A stretch of DNA of 64,000 bases from Styela clava. Lineage: Eukaryota. The stretch is from the NCBI RefSeq assembly GCF_964204865.1, contig NC_135255.1, forward strand, positions 22,196,001-22,260,000, written 5' to 3'. Numbering within the stretch: the stretch's first letter is position 1; the number at the start of each line of letters is the position of its first letter. The position numbers were made by a program, and so were the translations under genes. Below, piece by piece: positions 54,001 to 63,000 of this stretch. Below the pieces are notes generated by a model. It saw only the letters and a list, made by a program, of their open reading frames with translations, had not been told where the DNA came from and did no database searches.

Positions 54001-57000
54001 AAACAAATTGAAAATTATGTGAAACTAATGGAATATGCTAACTATTTATTTTTGTATTCGTGGGAGTAGTGAATTACAAATATTTCAAAATATTTCTTTT
54101 CAGAATTGAAGAGACTCAACGATTATGGAAGAAATTTTTTGAAGATTATTCTCGGTTCGGTGATTGGTTGAAATCAGCAGAGCGTGTAGTTTCTCGACCA
54201 AACACATTCATGATTTCATACCAGGTTGCAAGAGAAGAATTGAAGCGTTTCGAGGTACACTCAAAGTTGATGATTCAAAGTTGTAATATGGCTCCCACAA
54301 CATCTAATACTTTTTCACTCATTTATACTAATAATCATTAATTGCGATTTTGGTTGTTAAATCATTAATTCTCTTTGTTATAAATCAGCAACGTTTAATA
54401 TGATACCACAAAAGATAAAATTTTCATTATGTTTGTCTTGCTTATAAGGTAGAATATCATATTTATTGATGTAATTTGTTTCTACAGTCCTTCCAGCGAC
54501 AAGTACACGAGAGTCTGACACAACTTGAATTAATAAATAAACAATACCGACGACTTGCAAGAGAGAACAGGACTGATGCTTCTAACAAGCTCAAACACAT
54601 GGTGAGTTTCAAGTTATGAATATGGAAAAATAACTGTAAGTTAAAGAAAGTTATGAATATGGAAAAATAAAAGTAATTTAATTTTTCCATTATTATGCAT
54701 TAAGTTTGTTTATCATTGTCTTCCCATAAATACATTTGCATTACGAATGACGGTCGCCAAAATTTGATTTGGGTTTCACAATAAAAAAAAAATTTGAATA
54801 AATCGCCTTATTAAACGTTTGAAACATTCAATTATCAAACAATAACTCGTGTTAATGTTGTTTTAGATTCACGATGGGAACTCAAGATGGGACGCGATAT
54901 CTCACAGAGTTGCTAGCATCTTAAGACGGCTCAAGTACGCCATCCAGAGGAGAGAAGGATTTGAAACGAAACGCGAATCTCTGCTGGTTTGGCTGACGGA
55001 GACTGATTTGAGACTAACCAACGTGGAACATTTCATGCAATCGGAAAACTACGATAAACTTAAGGAAGTCAAGGTACGTACATTTCACCCCGCAAATTTT
55101 TATAAAAATATGGGAATACCCTAACGCGGAAAAATCGATATGATTATCATCGACCATTTATTACTATTGTTTAAACGACAGATTTGGGCACTGTTAAACT
55201 AAACAAGAGAGTATGGCACATTTTTTACAAATATACTTTTTTGATTATTCGTTAATATGCACCAAGGACCATCTTTTGGTCTGGCTTTCGAAGCTGTACC
55301 TGTTCTAGTTTTGATTATAGGTAGCGCCTTATGTCCATTTTTGGGTTTGGCCGTATAGATCCCAAAATGAGAAATATTCTATTTTCTCAAAACCTCAACC
55401 TGTTGTTTTACTGCGGCGATGTATTTGGAATTACTGTAATAAGCCTCATACCGCATAATAGGAGATTTGCATTTGAATATATTATTAGGTTTATTATAAA
55501 CGGACGTTTTAATCAAGTCAAATCGACCAAATTGTTAAAATTATTTTGCAAAGGGAGTATTTAAATGACCATGAGCATTGCTCTTACGAGTTTGATTATC
55601 GTTTAATTATTATGCAGAAACTGTTACATTTTTGAGGAAAATAAACATACATACGAGAAATTCACCATTGAAAACATTATTACTAGTCACTGTGAGTTTA
55701 AAAATGTTTCGCTATTCGCAATAGCTCCGTATACGTCAGACATCTTTGCGATTGAAAAAACGACGAGAATAACAAAGAATTCCTATGACTCGTAGTATGT
55801 CGCTTGTATTACTTGAACCGACCGACACCACTAAAATACAGAGCTCAAGATAAACACAATTTTAGTAGTGCGCGGGTATCCTGGTTCATATTTTCACTGT
55901 AAATTATATGTGCTGCGACTGAAAAAAAATTACGCCCCAGCGAATAAGTAATTCCTGTTATGTATTGGATTATCCTATTTACTTTTGCGCGATATTTAGC
56001 CTCATTATTGTGCGTACACTGGGTTAAAGTACTTAAGCGCTCCAGGCGATCGAATTGCGCATTCATTTCCTTTCAAGAATTTGGCGCGTTTCTCTTACAT
56101 TATCACAACACAATGCCTATGCTTTGTCAGACGATAGATTATGTGTAGTATTTAGTGAACATCGCGTAGTAGAAACGTCCATTTCGATAACAGACTACAC
56201 TAAACGGTAAGTACATTTGTGCTTAGATTCTCGATGGACTAATTTTTCAAATAAAACCACCGTATTATTGTTAATTTTTATTCTCTATTGGTATGTTTTC
56301 GAATGCCTAAATTTCACTACGAAATAGCAAATTCGAACAAATACGGTGTCGTACTTGAGTCATTAATACAGAATACTGCTGATAAATAGGTACGTTTTGA
56401 AGCCTCATTTATCGCATTGTACTATTTTGGTAGTTTAGCTACACGTTCTACAATTATACTAGCGTAATGCTTGAATGACAAGAAAGAATGGCGTGTTGTT
56501 TAGTGGTTACTTAAATAGGCATGTGAGTTTCTATTTACTTTTTCGTTTATCGATCAATTCTTCGTGTTTGAACTTTCCTAAAAAAAATTCCCAGGTGTTT
56601 TGCACTGGAAGATTGATATATTTTGAGATACATAGCTTTAGTACAGGTACTCGATTAATCTTTTGTTAGGACTTAGCAAATTTGCAATTTTCAAACAAAC
56701 AAAACTATGCTAGTCTAAATCACGCGTCAGATGTAGATTCCTTAAGCAAGTGGAACGTGAGAAAGGCTTGTCTTAAAGACATGTGGGAATAGAAAAGACT
56801 GCCATTCCTTGCTGAGGCATAATTTGCACCTTAGTTCTGATTAATGATACCGAGCCTGAATAACAAGGATGTATAAACGTGCGACGTTGTGCACCGAATT
56901 TACAAACTGTAAACTGGATATTTAAGTCACGCGCTAATTGTTTTCAATGCAAACATTGGAGCTAATATTTAACTCTTCTATACGTTCTACCAGTTTAACC

Positions 57001-60000
57001 GCACTCGACACGCGTAATGTGCTCCTAATTGCCCCTAATATTGCCGATGGCGATATCGATTTCATTATTATAGGTATTAGCTTGAATACTAGAGTTAATA
57101 GTGATGCGAGCATCTTGGTTTGGAAGTGCGTCCACGTAAAGTATTAAGAGTGTCGCGTTTTCATGAGGTAGTATCGGCATTGTACATCGGCAGTGATAGC
57201 AGGTACCGGTACAACTGAAGTATGAAGTTTTAATTAAATAGGCGTATATTTATGCGGAAAAACTTCATCAGCAGTAAAAAGAAATAATACTAGAAGTGAG
57301 CCCGATAGCAAACCCCTCTCTATCAAATATATTTTTGATTATGACACTAGTCCAGACTGAATTCCACCGTATTCGCACCGTAGGTATAATTTGTAATATA
57401 GCACCCATATTACATAACACCAGATAAAAAAAAATTTGATATTTGTCTCCAACGGGCGAAACGCCAAAATCAATAAGCGGTCGTGGGTTAGGTTGGGTGG
57501 AGGTGCCAGTGCCAGACAGTTGTAAATTATAATTTCACAAACTCCGCGTTTTTATTGCTGTAAATCAAACGATGGGCGTCGCATGCGATATTTTGTTCGT
57601 TCACACCGGTAGTGCATTTGGGTACAATATACGAATAATATCACTATGTGATGCATTGGGAGAGTTTCAATTTGAGTATTTTATATACAGCCGCATTACT
57701 ATTATATCATGTCTATACCACGTTGCTGCACCCTATATTTTTATTACTATTCGTTACACAAAGCGCTCGCGACCCACATAGAATTCATTGAAGCAGTTTG
57801 TCAAAATAAACCAATAAAATTCACTTTTAACGCTTTTTAAAATATACGAAACGTCAATATTTGTGCGTCTTTCATATTGTTCCGCTTGAGTAAACCTTCC
57901 GCCAAAGTACATTCAAACGCCTTCAACCACGTGACCACACTCCATTGTACCTCGTTTACTCCTATGTTTATCTAACGCTAAGTACGAGTGTTATAGTTGA
58001 TATGTATCACAATCTATCAAGTCTAGAGGCAATAAAATTACGAGTTACGTATTGGAACTCTTGTTTGTGAAATGGTATATGACAGTAAAGGCTGCGTTTT
58101 GAATTTAGGTTTGCCTGGCGCTTTGTTATATTCCAGATACGGAAAATATTTGAGATAGTGAAGAGAATTTCGATAAATGATCTTTTTTCGCGAAATTGCA
58201 AGTATATTTGTGAGCTTTCGTTAGATCACAGACTGACGTTTACAAGATATAACTTGTTCGAACAGCGAATAATATAAAAACAGCGAATGGATTTTTTGAT
58301 ATAAAGTGTAAAATAAAACGATTGTTTGACTATGTTAGAGGAAATAAAAAATAACCGAACTTTCTATGCGCACATATGATTTGCCGCATATATATTACTT
58401 CGTCAGATTGAGATTCAGATATTTATTTTCGTCGTGCAAAAATATTGTACATTTAAACAAATGGTAAAAATTAAATAAATGCATTGAAAGAAAAAAGTAC
58501 AATATTTGAACTGCAATGGACGTCATGCATTGTCCATACGCAATGGGAGAGGCCTGATGGTATTGACTTCCGCAGTAAACATGAGTTAAAATCGAATGCT
58601 GTATTTTTCTTGTTAAACACGACCTATTTGTTCCGCACACGTTGTTATTTTCACACCATGTTTCTTTATAAAAGATCGCTATACATGCACAGCATGCAGA
58701 ACGCCTGCAGCCCATACAAGTATACAAACGATTTCGGATTAAACTATTCTGAAGAACACTCGAATATGCCACGTCGATTATCCTGTCGTTGGTTAGTAAC
58801 ACGGAATACAATTTGGTACCAATATACTGATGAAATTAGAATGGCGATATGCTTCCCGACGGTGCGTCTCCATTCAAAGGCTTGAATTGGACTCATATAT
58901 ACAAGTAGTTGGTAGTAGAATCAAGCAAGACAAGTGATCAAGCGTCATTCGCAGTACCCAATAATTATTATATTGTTTTTATGTTTGGTTTGATAAATAT
59001 AACCAACTATTTGCGGGATGAGCATTATTAGATAAAATGGCAATATCATAGTACAATATGTTAAATTATAAGCTTTGAATGTTAAAACAATCATACAGAT
59101 TTTATATAAAATATGAATTTTAATGAAAATATGGCTGACAATGAACGTGAACTAAGCTTGCATATGGTTCTGGAAAGTATTTCGGTAATTTTTGTCACAT
59201 TTTCTTCTATTTGGGTCTCTAAGCGAATTATGTCGAAATAGCTACAGTGGGTACAGTATGGATTTCTCGAGTTTAGGTTATATTGCCTCTTGAACTGAAG
59301 AGCTAAACTAAAATATGTAATGCGAGTGTCATCATTGATTTCAATGCTAGAGTTATGACGTTAATGCTTGCTGATAGTTTTTATAGATTAACTTAAACTA
59401 ACCCTCCATTTCAGAACTTCCAAGCAACAATTGAAGAACACATACCTCGGATCATAGAACTTGACGCAAGAGGACTATTTCTAATTGAGAAGAGTGAAGA
59501 ATCAGATTGTGTCGTAGTTGAAGAAGAATTATCAGAACTGCATCGCTATTGCCGAGAAGTCATAGCAAGGCTTGATCGATATCACAAAAGGCTTTTGCGT
59601 ATCATGGTAAGGCCATAACAATGTGAAATATCTGATTTTTCGTGATCTGTTAGTATAAAAAGGTGTTCAATTAGTTCAATGGTTAGCTATGTGAATAAAA
59701 CACGCTTCCAAGACACAATTTGCTCTAAGGTGGAATCTAGCTCCGTTGATTCATAATACCTAAACTAATATCTATTCGAAACAACGCTTACAAACAGCAA
59801 CCTATTGGGGAAATGAATTTCAGAGGGGTGAACACTCACCTAACTATTTATATATTTCCAGTTCAATCCAATTTCTAAAGCTGTGTTTGGAGCTATGGTA
59901 TAAAACACTCGATAAGAGAGTTGTCGCTTTCTATTGTTTATTTCCAAAATATTCTCTTGAATTTGAATTAGCTCAATTATGTTTTAATTTGATAAACATT

Positions 60001-63000
60001 TGCAATACACTTATTTTATTTTTCAGAACGAGCCTCCACCTCTTGATTCATCCTTGTTTGAAGATACAGAACTCGCACAAATGAGTTGGTGGGAAAATTA
60101 TATCAGTGGAACAAGTGAGTAACGTCTTAGAGATGATTAGAATGACAAATACTGACTGAAAGTAACCATTACAAATGCATTATAAACATAAACTGTCTGC
60201 TCTAGTGACCTCTAATTATTAACGCAATTTAGTCATAACAGACTTTCAAAAATACTGTGGTATCATCTGAATGTAAACAAACAAACAAATGATTAAATGT
60301 GATTACTGTCAACATATTTTGTAGGTTCTTCCAGGAACAGCAGCCCTTCTTTACAGTCGCCAGACCATGACCGCTTCCTAGCAACACCAAGAAGTCAAGG
60401 AAGTGATAGAAGGTCAGCTACAAGTCACAGCGGAAGGTATAATTGTGGTTATTTTTCTTCATAGATTATAGGAAAATATTTTAGCGTATGGGTTGGGTTT
60501 CAAAATAGTCACAAGCAGCCGTTTTTTTATTCTAGCCCAACCAACAAGATATAAATATTGAGGAAGTACATTTATGCACAAACAGATCTCAAGCAGCCGT
60601 TTGTTTGAAATACAAAAACCCATATTTTAAAATTTTGTTTATTCTGCCATATAAAATAACATTAATGGGGCCCATAACTTATGAAGCAAGAACTATTGTT
60701 TGCTAACGATTTGTTTTCCTTTCCAGAGCTACACCTGAGAGTCTTGAGTGGGACTTATACGATATCAGCCAGTCCGAGCTAGAAACAAAAGATGCGGGTG
60801 CACTAACAGACGATGGTTCAATACCGGGTGAATTTTTTTATTTGTTTCTGAATTACATATGAAATCGGAATTCTCGATTTTTCTCATAAGCATACTTTGG
60901 GTTACTGTTATATTTCTAATTCATATTCAGCGCTCCAGAAGTGTGTGTGCCAATATGGAGGTAACTGATTTTGTTCACCTACTTTACATCAAGTTGTGTA
61001 AAGGGACTGGAGCATATCGGCAGGGGGTATATTCACTTGGTCGAACTCGTAATAGAACTAAAATAAGGAAAATTGGATAAAATCATGGACTAACCTTAAC
61101 CTGGTACACACACTATGGGAGTGCCAAATATTCAACAAACAAATTTACGAAATCATTGCTAATTTATAAAAATTCCTATTTTTTGTTTGACAGCATAATA
61201 CTTGAAATGACAAATTTTCAAAAGTAAAATAGTTCAATTAACACAAATGAGTTTTTTTTTATTGATTATTAAAAATAAATTACCAGTTTTGAAGGCATGT
61301 CCTTGCTTCTTGTATATGATCTAAATATAAATTCCATATTGAGTAAAACATTTATATCCCTTTTATATTTTCAGAAATTTCACCCTTTGAAACAGCAAGT
61401 GACGATATTCCACTTCTTCATGTATCAAGAGACAGTACTGGTACAAGACAGGTATGTATTATTTTCTATAACCTCATGATAACCACTTGATTCCGTTAAT
61501 GCATTATACCAAGTTTTAATGATATGCGTTACACCACAAATTACCCAAGTCCAATTACAACCATATGTGTTTTAATAATTTGTAAGAAAATTGCCCAATT
61601 TGCACCCATGCAAGATGGTTAACAAATATATAAAACCATGCCCATGAAACGATTGACTGGATAGCTGACCGAAAACATCACATGCACTAGACCTAAAAGA
61701 ATACCAAGCTTTGCCAAATTATTGGTGTACTTTCCCCTGGATTATTTTTAGTTTTATATAAAGTACAATAATGACAGAAAAATTAAAATTCAACCATGAT
61801 ATAATTTCATTGCCGGTTTTTTATTCAACAAAATAACTCCATTACAAATTTTTTCTAATATCCCAGAGTAACATAAGCAGAAGAAGTCATGATGTTTCAG
61901 TATCTCATGAACCTGCTGATCTGTCACCTGCAAAAAAGCTTCGTACTTCGCAGGATGAAATGACCCAACAATTCATGAATGACCTCATAGCAACCTTAGC
62001 ATGGCTAGATGCAACTACAAAGGTCACGAACCAGGAAATGAAAAAATCAGAATCAAAATTTGACAAAACAATAAGCGACCTTGATCAACAATCTATAGAG
62101 TTGAAGGTATGTATAGAAGTAAAGTGATAGAATAAATATTTGATTTCGATAGAATTTACAAATACAGTGATTTTTGTAAAAGGAAACTTACTAGTTTGGA
62201 TTTTTTAAATTCATTTCACAGTAAAAGAAAACATAAACTAAGGTGTGATTATTTAAAATGAGCACCATCATATCATTTCTATTAAATTTTATTTTTAGAG
62301 TTTACAAGCTTCCATTGAACAAAGAAAAGCGATTGTTTTGTCAATAAATCTTGTGTCATCATCCTACTCTGGTAATTCTGATGTCACAATAAAACTGTCA
62401 AGCATGAATAACCATTGGGAATCGCTACAACAAAAATCGATGGATTGGAACAAAAGCCTACAAGAAAGCTTATCGAATTCTCAGGTAAAATACAAGTTTG
62501 CCAGAACAGAATAGATTTTTGTTTCAACTAAGAGGCTTTGGTCCATTGTGAGGCATAACGTACTACCAAGTTTATGATTCTGGAGCATTAAACTGGTAAA
62601 ATAACTATTTCATCTGATCTGGACTGGTAACCAAACGGCGCTTCACCTCATGATTGCATTCATATCAACTTTCCTCTTCCACAGGATAAACCGGAAAAAT
62701 CTGATATCTTAGATTGGTAGATACACTACGTAAAAACTGCAGTAATTTTGATTATAGATTAAAATGAACTTTTCCAAATGTAGTTACCGGTACTTCTTTT
62801 ATAATTTCTCCAGCAACTTTGCTGATATAACTCCATACTCTGAAATATAAATTACCTTTAACTTCAATGAACATATATTTTTCAGGAATTTCAATCAGCG
62901 CTTACTGAATTGTCAGCATGGGTTGGTTTACAAAACCATCACCGTGACGACATGAACAAGATTCAGCAAAAAGAAAATGCTGATTCATCGCCAACATCAA

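Noticed and set aside
58395-58811. 138-aa minus-strand ORF
   Set aside because: No recognisable domain; it overlaps the + strand candidate exon, which has better start and splice signals.
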